This document shows positions 48,575 through 57,604 of a DNA stretch of 61,210 nucleotides, piece after piece. Position 1 is the first letter of the stretch. Each line of letters starts with the position of its first letter. The notes under the pieces were generated by a model. That model was not told the DNA's origin. It saw nothing but the letters and a program-made list of their open reading frames with translations, and searched no databases. Origin of the DNA: a virus (Duplodnaviria > Caudoviricetes); the IMG/VR virus record IMGVR_UViG_3300037247_000367, positions 1-61,210 of that record. One strand, 5' to 3'. Made by a program: the position numbers and the translations under genes.

Positions 48575-49109
48575 CACAGAACTCATAACAAGCGCAGACG
48601 TAGTAACGGAGTGTATTCCGAATGTTTCATTCGATACTGCAAGATTGGATAAATTTATTCTGCCTGCACAGCGTCAGTATGTAGAAGATGCGGTAGGAGA
48701 GACATTTTATGAGACGCTTTTGGATGAAAAGGATAATAGTTTCAGCACAGAAAACCAACTATTATATGACAACTTTCTAAAGCCGATGCTATGCTGGTTT
48801 GTGCTTTTTGATGCACTGCCATTTATAAGGAATCACATCACGCCTAAAGGCATAATGGTAAACGACAGCGAGTTTGCGCAACAAAGCTCAAAGGACGACT
48901 ATGCGGGCATGAGAAACGCCATAGAGACAAGAGCAGAGAGGTGGAAAAAAGACCTGAATAACTATATTAGAGATGTACAGGAAGATGATGGTTCTGCATT
49001 TCCTGACTATACCCGTTGCAAAGACAAACATCAGAACAAAATGGGATTTGTAATATATGGAAATCATCGCCATCATCGTAATATAGATCATGGCGATGAA
49101 TGTAATTAA
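48564..49109 (+). CDS. Head-tail adaptor (DUF6712-like)
   Basis: AQ..Y....VG..FY..L; follows the portal. Confidence 0.7.
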   Translation: MAFNTELITSADVVTECIPNVSFDTARLDKFILPAQRQYVEDAVGETFYETLLDEKDNSFSTENQLLYDNFLKPMLCWFVLFDALPFIRNHITPKGIMVNDSEFAQQSSKDDYAGMRNAIETRAERWKKDLNNYIRDVQEDDGSAFPDYTRCKDKHQNKMGFVIYGNHRHHRNIDHGDECN

Positions 49110-50053
49110 TGGCTTTAGACAGATACATATTAAAAGGTTACGATCTTTCAGGTGGAAATAACAACTGGACATCTGATAGTATTCCCGGATATGCTAGTTA
49201 TACGGTAGAATATATATGGTCTAACGTAACAGGAACATTAGACGGTGAATTAGTAGTGAGAGAGACAGACGATGATATTGTTTATGATTCGATAAAAACC
49301 ACAACTGTAAGCGTAGCAAATAAGACCCATATCGTTTCAAATGTAAACCTGACATCGGACAAGATAAATGTAAAATTTACTGCTAATGGTATCACAGGTG
49401 GTAGGTTAAGCATAAGAATAAAAGGAACGGAAAGAACGAGTTTAATAGGAAATATTTACGCTGCTGCTACCGATGCGATTATAAGTTTAGGCAGTATATC
49501 GCGAAGATTTAAAGACTTGTATTTGAGCCGGGAGTTAAGAATTGGAAGCGGTAATGATGTCGCACAAATTAAAAACGGTAATATATTATTTTTTGGTAAT
49601 ACGGGTATGGCTTTTGGAGAGATAACCGTAAACGGAAACACAACCCAAACAGCAATATCAAGTTCAGGACAAAATAACAAAGTTCAGTTTGCATTGTTTG
49701 ACACAAATAGCCCGGCTATTAATATTGCACCCGATCATACTCAAAACCATATTGTAATAGAGAGAAAAGGTATATATTTTGTTTCTTCTTGTATTCATGC
49801 GGATAGTGTAAGCGGGGCAGGGGCGAGATTTGGCTTTAGTATTTATAAAAATAACGGAACGACAGAGATAACTAACTTACATTTTCATCGCGATTTTTCA
49901 GGTGGTGGTAGCGAGGCGGGTGCGGGGAGTATATGTGGACTTGGGAGTTTTAATGTCGGTGATACGATAGAATTATGGGTATGGAATGAAAGTAATTCTC
50001 AAAATATAATTCTTTCAGATATTGGAATATTTTTATTACAAATAGGTGGATAA
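49109..50053 (+). CDS. Structural fibre/decoration protein with C1q/TNF-like C-terminal domain
   Basis: Beta-rich; I.RKG.Y.V...I, GDTIELWV. Confidence 0.55.
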   Translation: MALDRYILKGYDLSGGNNNWTSDSIPGYASYTVEYIWSNVTGTLDGELVVRETDDDIVYDSIKTTTVSVANKTHIVSNVNLTSDKINVKFTANGITGGRLSIRIKGTERTSLIGNIYAAATDAIISLGSISRRFKDLYLSRELRIGSGNDVAQIKNGNILFFGNTGMAFGEITVNGNTTQTAISSSGQNNKVQFALFDTNSPAINIAPDHTQNHIVIERKGIYFVSSCIHADSVSGAGARFGFSIYKNNGTTEITNLHFHRDFSGGGSEAGAGSICGLGSFNVGDTIELWVWNESNSQNIILSDIGIFLLQIGG

Positions 50054-50833
50054 ATGAGCGAAACATTACATCCTGACATACCAGATAATCAGCTTCATCC
50101 CTGTAAAGGGTTTGCTGATTCTGTAAAAAACAATATGCTTGTTAAAGATGAGCAGGGTGCTTTGTTATGGGAAGATCGTTATTTATTACCTCCGGCTAAA
50201 AACTTTGTATTGGCTTCGAGTGCGCCACCCACAGAGAGCAATGGAGATATATATGTGATAGTGGATTCAACTGCGCCTCATGCTGATTGGGATGGTGCAG
50301 CCGAAGATTCATGGGTGAGGTTTGATACAAGCGCAGATACATGGTTTAGTATAAATCCGGTAGAAGGAATAAGATGCTATGATAAAACTTTAAACGGATA
50401 TTGGGAATATGATGGTAATAACTGGATAAGCGGGGCGTTTTCTGCTGAATTAACCATCGCAACGAGTGATGTATTGACCTTAAACGGAACACCTATTGAG
50501 TTAGTGGCTGCACCCGGAAGTGGTAAAGTAATAGAGCTAATAAGCTGGGCAACAAGGCTGGTATTTGTATCGGCTGCTTATGATACTAACACAGAACTTG
50601 AATTAAAAACCGATACCGCAGATCAATCGCAAGGCAGCGATATAGGCATTTTACTCTCAACAGTAACCAGAACAATAAAAGGCGGGTTCAATGTTTCCGG
50701 TGCGCCTTGGACTGCTGCACATACACAAAGCATTGAGAACAAAGCATTACAAGTAACTGTAAAGTCGGGCAATCCGGGTACAGGCGATTCCGACATAACG
50801 ATTTATGCGACATATAGAATAATCCAATTATAA
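50054..50833 (+). CDS. Structural protein with DUF2793-like segment
   Basis: APP....GD.YVI......W.G ... W....P.EG. Confidence 0.55.
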   Translation: MSETLHPDIPDNQLHPCKGFADSVKNNMLVKDEQGALLWEDRYLLPPAKNFVLASSAPPTESNGDIYVIVDSTAPHADWDGAAEDSWVRFDTSADTWFSINPVEGIRCYDKTLNGYWEYDGNNWISGAFSAELTIATSDVLTLNGTPIELVAAPGSGKVIELISWATRLVFVSAAYDTNTELELKTDTADQSQGSDIGILLSTVTRTIKGGFNVSGAPWTAAHTQSIENKALQVTVKSGNPGTGDSDITIYATYRIIQL

Positions 50834-50887
50834 TAAATATTTAAAGAAAAAATGTTTTTATTTAAAATTATATTGTATATTTGTTTC

Positions 50888-52030
50888 ATGTTAAAGGCGT
50901 ATAAATATGAACTTTTGCCAACGGTAGAACAAGCGAGCCAAATTAATCAAATAGTTGGCAGTTGCCGATATATTTATAATTTGGCTTTGGAAACAAAAAT
51001 ATATGCTTATCAATCACATAAAAAATCCATAAGTTGTTTTGATTTAATGAGCCAATTGCCTGAATTAAAAAGAGATAAAAAAACGAAATGGTTAAATGAA
51101 GCACCTGCTCAAAGTTTACAACAAACAATATCAAATTTAGACACTGCCTTTTCAAACTTTTTCAGAGGCAAAGCAAAATTCCCAACTTTCAAAAAAAGAA
51201 CATATAAACAAACATTCAGAATATTACAGGGAATAAAAGTAAATTTTGAAAATTGGCAAGTATTTATCCCCAAATTAAAATGGGTAGAATTTTGCAGAGA
51301 TAGGCAGTTTGAAGGCGAAATAAGGCAAGCAACAATTTTAAAGACACCTACAAATAGATATTTCATTTCAATACTTGTACAGGACGGTAAAGAAGTTCCA
51401 AAGAAAAAACCTGTAAAAGAAAGTACAGCCGTTGGTATTGATGTAGGGTTAAAGCATTTTGCAACGCTTTCAAATGGCACTAAAATTGAAAATCCAAAAT
51501 TCTTATTTCAATCGTTAAGGCGATTAAGAATTGAACAAAGAACACTACAAAGACGGTATAAAAAAGGACTAAAATACGATGAACAAAGCAATGGGTATAA
51601 AAAACAGAAATTAATTGTTGCTAAGTTGCACGAAAAAATAGCATTTCAACGTAAGGACTTTTTGCATAAATTAAGTACAGATATTGTCAATAGCCACGAT
51701 AGTATTTGTGTAGAAAATTTGAATATAGCAGGAATGCTAAAAAACAAGAAGTTAAGTCGGAGTATTTCAGATGTAGCTTGGGGGCGATTTTTATCTTATT
51801 TACAATATAAAAGCGACTGGTATGGTAAAAATCTTTTACAGATAGGCAGATTTGAGCCAAGCAGTAAAATGTGTTCCTGTGGTAAAATTAATTCTGAATT
51901 AAAATTATCTGATAGGCAATGGACTTGTAAGCATTGCGGAACAACACATGATAGAGACGAATTAGCAGCTAATAATATAAAAACATTCGGGCTTCGGGCA
52001 AAGCCCTTATCCGCTAACGTGAAGCATTAG
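50888..52030 (+). CDS. tnpB: IS200/IS605-family TnpB RNA-guided endonuclease, no tnpA (start 50888 preferred)
   Basis: KAYKY.L.PT, GIDVGLK (RuvC-I D), VENL (E), CSCG..CKHCG, HDRD..AA.NI (D); TATATTTG-4nt-ATG promoter. Confidence 0.96.
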   Translation: MLKAYKYELLPTVEQASQINQIVGSCRYIYNLALETKIYAYQSHKKSISCFDLMSQLPELKRDKKTKWLNEAPAQSLQQTISNLDTAFSNFFRGKAKFPTFKKRTYKQTFRILQGIKVNFENWQVFIPKLKWVEFCRDRQFEGEIRQATILKTPTNRYFISILVQDGKEVPKKKPVKESTAVGIDVGLKHFATLSNGTKIENPKFLFQSLRRLRIEQRTLQRRYKKGLKYDEQSNGYKKQKLIVAKLHEKIAFQRKDFLHKLSTDIVNSHDSICVENLNIAGMLKNKKLSRSISDVAWGRFLSYLQYKSDWYGKNLLQIGRFEPSSKMCSCGKINSELKLSDRQWTCKHCGTTHDRDELAANNIKTFGLRAKPLSANVKH

Positions 52031-52085
52031 CTTGTGCGTTGGATAAAAATCATTATTGAATGTCAGCGTATAATTAAATTATAAT
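51985..52085 (+). ncRNA. Candidate omegaRNA 3' scaffold and guide of TnpB
   Basis: GGGCTT/AAGCCC and TTATCC...GGATAA hairpins over the tnpB 3' end; probable boundary TGTCA at about 52061-52065. Confidence 0.6.
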
Positions 52086-52113
52086 TAGTATTTTTAACCA
52101 AAATTTAGAAATC

Positions 52114-52695
52114 ATGGCTTCAACTTTAGAGGAGATTAGGGTATTATTAGATTCGTTAGACAACGCAATAGACGGCAACGAGATGCAAGTGGATATAGTT
52201 GCACCATTACCCGCAGGTGAAAACCATATCGGAGCAATTGGCGGTAATACAGACAAGATTTCAAATACTATCATCACTACAAATAGTAGTGCTTACACAG
52301 CCGAAGATAATGTCGGTGGAATAAATACAATAGCAAACGCTTTACGTGTAAGTGGGGGAACAGAAATACTAATGGATGTTCTTATTTGGGATAAAGATAA
52401 ACAAGATGCAGCGTTACAATTAGATTATTGGGATGCAAGCCCGTCTGGTACTTACACAAATGATGCAGGACAAGTAATAGCAGGAGATTCAGGTAAATGG
52501 CTTGGAACAGTAGAAATACTTGCATCAGACTATAAAGATACCGGAGCAGTAGGCAAGGCATCTATAAAAAATATAGGTCTTAGCTTAAAAGGCAATGGCT
52601 CACGAAATATATTTTTCACAATTAAAACAACAGGAACGCCAACTTATACCAGCACAAGTGGGTTAATTATTAAGCACGGGTTCTTACAGGACTAA
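52114..52695 (+). CDS. Virion structural protein
   Basis: G/T/N-rich ORF in the structural operon. Confidence 0.6.
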   Translation: MASTLEEIRVLLDSLDNAIDGNEMQVDIVAPLPAGENHIGAIGGNTDKISNTIITTNSSAYTAEDNVGGINTIANALRVSGGTEILMDVLIWDKDKQDAALQLDYWDASPSGTYTNDAGQVIAGDSGKWLGTVEILASDYKDTGAVGKASIKNIGLSLKGNGSRNIFFTIKTTGTPTYTSTSGLIIKHGFLQD

Positions 52696-52696
52696 T

Positions 52697-53488
52697 ATGC
52701 CAAATCCTAACATATTACGTAAGGTTATTTTTCCGGGTTCAGGAATAGAGTTTTTACCTACTAACTTATCAGCCGTAGTTGCCGATTTTGATTCTGATAA
52801 TACAGGAACTACATACATAACAAAAGACGGCAGTAATAATGTAAGTGCATGGGTAGATATAACAGGTAACCGAAATGTAGTACAGGGCACAGGGTCAAAT
52901 CAACCCAACTGGAACGAAAATCAAATAAACGGACATCCTACTATTGATTTTAATGGAACAGGTGATTTGTTAAAAGAAATGATTGCTGATTATCTTATTG
53001 GCTCTAATACAGGAACAATATTTTCAGTTTGTATATCTAATAATAATAGTGATGAGAATATAATTTCTTCGGGTAATGAGGGGGGTACTACTGATTATGT
53101 TATTATTAATAAATCACCAGCAGCACAGAATACAATAAAAATCGCAGTAAATAATGCAGGAGCAGTGGATCAAGTTCGAGGTGATATTAATTTATCTGAT
53201 AATTCCCCTCATATTTTAACATATAACAGTAATGGTTCAAGTTATGGATTAAGAATTGATGGGGGAGAACAAACAGTTAATGAATCGATAGGTGGGGATG
53301 ATTCGGGGATTTGGTTTGGAGATATATCAAACAGAGATAATTTGGGTTTAGGGGCATTAATTAGAAGTTCAACTTCTTTTCAGGTTTCAAGATTTGCAAG
53401 AATAATAATTTGCGATAGTATATTATCTGATGTTGACGAGGCATTGGTAGAAAGGTTTTTAGCAACAAGATATAATATAAGTATATAA
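52697..53488 (+). CDS. Concanavalin A/LamG-like beta-sandwich structural protein
   Basis: VSAW.D.TGN....Q.T...QP......NG.P.IDF.G; VE.FLA.RY. Confidence 0.7.
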   Translation: MPNPNILRKVIFPGSGIEFLPTNLSAVVADFDSDNTGTTYITKDGSNNVSAWVDITGNRNVVQGTGSNQPNWNENQINGHPTIDFNGTGDLLKEMIADYLIGSNTGTIFSVCISNNNSDENIISSGNEGGTTDYVIINKSPAAQNTIKIAVNNAGAVDQVRGDINLSDNSPHILTYNSNGSSYGLRIDGGEQTVNESIGGDDSGIWFGDISNRDNLGLGALIRSSTSFQVSRFARIIICDSILSDVDEALVERFLATRYNISI

Positions 53489-53763
53489 TGAAAGGCATAC
53501 CATGTAATAGTGCTGAATTTGATTTATTGCAAACTGCGGTTCACAATGAATTGAAAAAATCCATAAAAGGGTACAAAAAAAACACTGTTAAGTGGGCAGA
53601 TAAGAAACTTGTACCATTTAATAAATCAACTAATAAATATCTTTTCCCTGTTAGCAAAGGTATGAGATGGGGGGTTATAAAAAAACTATTATCTTCGCCT
53701 CAAAAAACAAGGATTATAGAAGTATTACCTAACGATAAAAACTGGTTTAATGGAACACCTTAA
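53488..53763 (+). CDS. Hypothetical protein
   Basis: Coupled ORF. Confidence 0.55.
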   Translation: MKGIPCNSAEFDLLQTAVHNELKKSIKGYKKNTVKWADKKLVPFNKSTNKYLFPVSKGMRWGVIKKLLSSPQKTRIIEVLPNDKNWFNGTP

Positions 53764-53911
53764 ATCATCATTATTAGGATATATCTTTACAACTGTTACC
53801 TTTGGGGTCATTGGTGATCTTGGAATGGCGTTTCTTTTAGGCTTTATCGGTGCTTTGGGTGGGTTGTGTGCTAAGTTATTATATGATCTTGTTAAAAAGA
53901 AAAGAAAATGA
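53750..53911 (+). CDS. Putative holin, 53 aa (not in ORF track)
   Basis: Two hydrophobic segments and KKKRK tail; ATGA overlap with the endolysin. Confidence 0.65.
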   Translation: MEHLKSSLLGYIFTTVTFGVIGDLGMAFLLGFIGALGGLCAKLLYDLVKKKRK

Positions 53912-54405
53912 AGGTAGCAACTAATTTTGATATAAGGGAATTTGTACCTAAGTCAATTTGGGATAGGTTCGGAACGTCAAGTGTTTGGTTTATTAATAAA
54001 AGAGTTATAAATTTAGCACAATTCTACAAGGATTTTTTCACTAAGTATTATAAGAACCAATTAGACAATGTAAAAACCGTATTAATAGTTGTCAATACCT
54101 GGCACTATATAAAAGGCGGACATCAATATAGGGGTTTCAGACCTCCGGCATATACTAAAGGTGCGAAATTATCACAGCATCGTTTCGGAAAAGGATTTGA
54201 TTGCGACATTATAATAGTGTTCGAGGACGGCACACGACAGGAAGTTAATTACAGCGAGATACACGACATTATCAACGAATATGAGGAAATGTTCATTGAG
54301 GCAGGTTTAACGACCTTAGAGAGCGTAAAAGATGCCCCTACGTGGTTACATTCAGATTGCAGATGGATTATAAATCAAGTACATATATTAACCGTAGGAG
54401 TTTAA
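53908..54405 (+). CDS. Endolysin, peptidase M15-like
   Basis: RGFR, SQH..G...D, WLH.D. Confidence 0.85.
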   Translation: MKVATNFDIREFVPKSIWDRFGTSSVWFINKRVINLAQFYKDFFTKYYKNQLDNVKTVLIVVNTWHYIKGGHQYRGFRPPAYTKGAKLSQHRFGKGFDCDIIIVFEDGTRQEVNYSEIHDIINEYEEMFIEAGLTTLESVKDAPTWLHSDCRWIINQVHILTVGV

Positions 54406-54430
54406 TTATAAACAACCAATAATCTTTATT

Positions 54431-54760
54431 ATGACAAAATTCAGAGACACTAAGTTCTTCAACTTTTTCACGAAGAACGCAGCTAATCCGACAGAAGGAT
54501 TGATAAACACAGCCCTTTCTTTGATAAAGGACAAGACAAGAGATACTGAGACGTCTTTTATACGCGATGTGGTGAGGAAAGGTGTAAGCATTAGTTCAAA
54601 GAGGGTGCTGAATTTGACGGGTACAGGTGCGATTTTAACTATTGCCTTGTTTCTTATTCAAAAAAACGGCTTAGATAAATGGACTTTAATACTTGTGGGA
54701 ATAGGCGTTTTATATTCTTTGGGTATGAGTTTCATTACAAGCTGGAAGGAAAAGGATTAA
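54431..54760 (+). CDS. Two-TM membrane protein (second holin/antiholin candidate)
   Basis: SSKR followed by two TM helices; in the lysis block. Confidence 0.55.
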   Translation: MTKFRDTKFFNFFTKNAANPTEGLINTALSLIKDKTRDTETSFIRDVVRKGVSISSKRVLNLTGTGAILTIALFLIQKNGLDKWTLILVGIGVLYSLGMSFITSWKEKD

Positions 54761-54797
54761 CCTAAAAGGTTTCCCATCCTCGAATACATTTCGAGTA

Positions 54798-54820
54798 GCC
54801 CCTTAATTGGGGCTTATTTC
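54798..54820. terminator. Hairpin terminator between convergent genes
   Basis: AGCCCC-TTAATT-GGGGCT-TATTT. Confidence 0.65.
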
Positions 54821-54882
54821 AGATATATTATCTAAAATACGCAAGTCTCCTCAAGGGTAAAATAAATGAAAATAAACACGGA

Positions 54883-55389
54883 TTAAATCGAATCTTTTAA
54901 ATAAATAATTTCGGCTGGAATCTTTTTAATGCTATCAAGTTGATGATGAAGATTGTTTATTTCATTTTCCTGTGATTCAATTATGTCGTCTTTATTATAT
55001 TTTATCCAACCGAATATAAAATTGATAATTATGGACACAATAGCAATACCTATAGGAATAACTATAATAAGTGCCTTTCTTATTGTATATCTTCTTTGGG
55101 CATTACGTGAGAATCTTAAAGAAGATAAATAACTATCATCTTTTATAAAATTTCTTCCTCCCGGAGTTATCCATACGCTTTTATCTTTAGGATATATTTC
55201 AATGGAGTGTTCTCTGGTTTCTACAAAATTACCTTCATTTTCTAATTGCCCAATAGCTACATAACAGGCATCAAACGTGCTGTTTAATTCTTTAAATATT
55301 CTGCTAATATCAAGGTAATCATCTTGTTTCCGGCTGGCTAAAAGTCTAAGAATCTCATCTTTTAGTTCTGCTTTTTGTTCTTCATTCAT
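54883..55389 (-). CDS. wHTH-like N-terminus plus single-TM accessory (moron-like) protein; the only credible minus-strand gene
   Basis: IT..G..F wing motif, TM helix, own TACATTTG-4nt-ATG promoter. Confidence 0.8.
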   Translation of the reverse strand: MNEEQKAELKDEILRLLASRKQDDYLDISRIFKELNSTFDACYVAIGQLENEGNFVETREHSIEIYPKDKSVWITPGGRNFIKDDSYLSSLRFSRNAQRRYTIRKALIIVIPIGIAIVSIIINFIFGWIKYNKDDIIESQENEINNLHHQLDSIKKIPAEIIYLKDSI

Positions 55390-55421
55390 CCGTCAAATGT
55401 AAATAATCTCCCAAAATATAC

Positions 55422-55477
55422 TGTTAATAACTTTTTGTGATTTTACTTGCATCGTATTTTGAATGTGTATATATTTG
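55422..55477 (+). promoter_or_regulatory. Bacteroidota-type promoter upstream of the transposase
   Basis: TGTTAATAA 55422, TTG 55447, TATATTTG 55470 (20-nt spacer). Confidence 0.65.
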
Positions 55478-55602
55478 ATACTCAATTACTTATATTAATT
55501 AATTCAACAATAACTTTATGTAAAACAAAAAAGGGCAGTTGCTACAAACAACCACCCTAACAAATGTCAATTAATCGGGTACTAACCAAATAATCAAACA
55601 TC

Positions 55603-56841
55603 ATGCTTGCAAAGATAACAAAAAGTAATAAGAAAATAAACCCTTTCGGGGGAATATTTTTCGCAATAAAAGCCATCCGAAACAAAAATATCCACAAACT
55701 TATAGACAAACACTTGGGGCAGAGGGTGAAACAAGCCAAATACTCTTATTCCGATGTAGTCCTCAACTGGATATTCTCAAACCTCTGCGGTGCTGAAAGA
55801 TTAGAGGATATTAATACTAAGATGAAATACTACTTCGATAATACGATTATGAATCTACCATCACCGGACAGGGTTGCGGGAGTGCTGAAATCATTTACAA
55901 CGAAAAATATACTAACAAAAGACAAAGCAAGACATCAATTTAATATAAATATGTCTTTGAACAAATTGATGCTAAACATCGCAATTAAGTTAGGATTATT
56001 AAATACCAAACAAAGCTATACGCTGGATTATGATAATACAATAATAGAAACCCTTAAATATGATGTAACTAAGACCTATAAGTTTAATTACGGCTATCAA
56101 CCCGGAGTGTCCTTTATAGGAAAGATACCTGTTTACATTGAAGGCAGAAACGGAAACAGCAATGCAGTTTACAAGATCACAGAAACAATAGAGCGAAGCA
56201 TTGAATTACTAAAGGAATCGGGAATAAAAATAAACAAGTTCAGGAGCGATTCAGCAGCTTACAGGAATGATCTTTTTAAATTAATGGATGACAATAATAT
56301 AGATTTTTTCGTAAGGGCAAAAAATAACAAAACCCTGACAGATTATTTTGCCGACCCTTTCGGATGGACAGACATTATACTTTATGATTTAAAATATCAA
56401 ATGAAAAGTATTGATTATGGACTACACGGAAACGATACTAAATACAGGTTGGTAATGTATCGCACAGAGAAAGATGATAAATTGAAGTATCTTGCTGTTA
56501 TCACTAACAACTGGACTATGAGCGAACATGAAATAATAAGATTCTATAACCAAAGGGGCGCAATAGAAAAGAACTTCGATATGCTGAAAAATGATTTTAA
56601 CTGGAAGCGGTTGCCTTTTTCTTTTCTCAACGAGAATACTGTTTTTATGATAATCAGCGCAATGGGTTCAATCGTCTATCAATATCTCATACAAGAATTC
56701 AGCAAGAAAGTTGACTTTGTAAAATGCAAATTCCGGCTAAAGAATTTCATCTATCATTTTGTTATAGTGCCTGTTATATGGGAGAAAGAGACGCAATTAA
56801 AAATATTTACCGACAAAGATTACGGCATTCTATTGGAATGA
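55603..56841 (+). CDS. tnpA: IS1380-family DDE transposase; intact ORF, no terminal inverted repeats recognised
   Basis: AKI......PFGG, LDYD (D), GYQPGV, EGRNGN, FRSDS (D), FYNQRG.IEKNF (E), F.WKRLP.SFLNENTVF. Confidence 0.93.
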   Translation: MLAKITKSNKKINPFGGIFFAIKAIRNKNIHKLIDKHLGQRVKQAKYSYSDVVLNWIFSNLCGAERLEDINTKMKYYFDNTIMNLPSPDRVAGVLKSFTTKNILTKDKARHQFNINMSLNKLMLNIAIKLGLLNTKQSYTLDYDNTIIETLKYDVTKTYKFNYGYQPGVSFIGKIPVYIEGRNGNSNAVYKITETIERSIELLKESGIKINKFRSDSAAYRNDLFKLMDDNNIDFFVRAKNNKTLTDYFADPFGWTDIILYDLKYQMKSIDYGLHGNDTKYRLVMYRTEKDDKLKYLAVITNNWTMSEHEIIRFYNQRGAIEKNFDMLKNDFNWKRLPFSFLNENTVFMIISAMGSIVYQYLIQEFSKKVDFVKCKFRLKNFIYHFVIVPVIWEKETQLKIFTDKDYGILLE

Positions 56842-56842
56842 A

Positions 56843-56934
56843 GTTGCGTAGTTTTACGCAAAAAATGCGGGATTATACGTGAAAATTATGCGTAGATTTA
56901 CTCTTGTTTTATTAAAGTAAAATACTTAATTTTG
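56843..56934 (+). promoter_or_regulatory. Three TGCGTAG-like boxes and a TTG/TAATTTTG promoter
   Basis: TTGCGTA-GTTT-TACGCAA palindrome plus two degenerate copies about 21-23 bp apart; -33 at 56904, -7 at 56927. Confidence 0.6.
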
Positions 56935-56938
56935 CCTA

Positions 56939-57104
56939 TTGTTCTTTGAATCTTACGAGAGTAAGAAAAAGTATTAATCTGGTTTTGTACTAAAATCGCC
57001 TTTTATAAATTATCCAACCAGGAGGAATAGCGTAGGTTGTTCCTGTGGATATATGGGTGTTTGGCGATACCTTGTACAAGCAGGATGCAGTCCTGCGCTT
57101 TTTT
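56939..57104 (+). ncRNA. Candidate sRNA/leader: boxA-like motif, GNRA hairpin, ~95-nt rod and terminator
   Basis: GTTCTTTGAA; TCTTAC-GAGA-GTAAGA; nested helices 56985-57079 with G-U pairs; GCAGGA/TCCTGC plus T6. Confidence 0.6.
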
Positions 57105-57169
57105 ATTTTATAAAGACAAAGATAAAAAATTCATCGCAACATAACACTAATAATTTAAAACTCCAAATT

Positions 57170-57598
57170 ATGAAAACAACAATTTTATTTTTACTGTTAT
57201 CTTTTCTTAGTTGCAAAAAAGAAGAAGCAACTCCTCCGGCAGCGGTGGTTACTCCCCCACCAGTTGTAACTCCACCCCCACCTTTACCTGATAAGATATT
57301 CAGCGTGAGGATGTATGAAACACAGACTAAACCGTGGATGGATTCATTTAGTCAAGATTGGTTTGTAACCTATAATCTTACAACAATAGGCATACCAGCC
57401 ACAGCAATAGATATGTATTGGTTAAAGGAAAATGAAACTATAACAATAGACGGGGAGTTTAAGCCTGCATATCCTTATAGTGGAATATATGCCTATGTAA
57501 GAAGTTGGGTAGATTTAACGGATACAGTACCAACAACAATAGTAGTACCCGTAACTGTTACAGCTAACATATTCAGCTATACCTTTACTTATAATTAA
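57170..57598 (+). CDS. Lipoprotein with Pro-rich linker (start 57170)
   Basis: MKTTILFLLLSFLS-C-KKEE signal peptide II. Confidence 0.85.
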   Translation: MKTTILFLLLSFLSCKKEEATPPAAVVTPPPVVTPPPPLPDKIFSVRMYETQTKPWMDSFSQDWFVTYNLTTIGIPATAIDMYWLKENETITIDGEFKPAYPYSGIYAYVRSWVDLTDTVPTTIVVPVTVTANIFSYTFTYN

Positions 57599-57604
57599 GA
57601 AGCT

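Noticed and set aside
38804-49680. Numerous minus-strand ORFs opposite structural genes
   Set aside because: Antisense to well-supported genes, with no motifs or promoters.
50897-50904. TnpB guide self-targeting its own 5' end (GCGTATAA)
   Set aside because: Only 8 nt match in AT-rich DNA, and the guide boundary is uncertain.
57053-57169. Upstream start for the first lipoprotein
   Set aside because: It would run through the terminator; the signal peptide begins at 57170.
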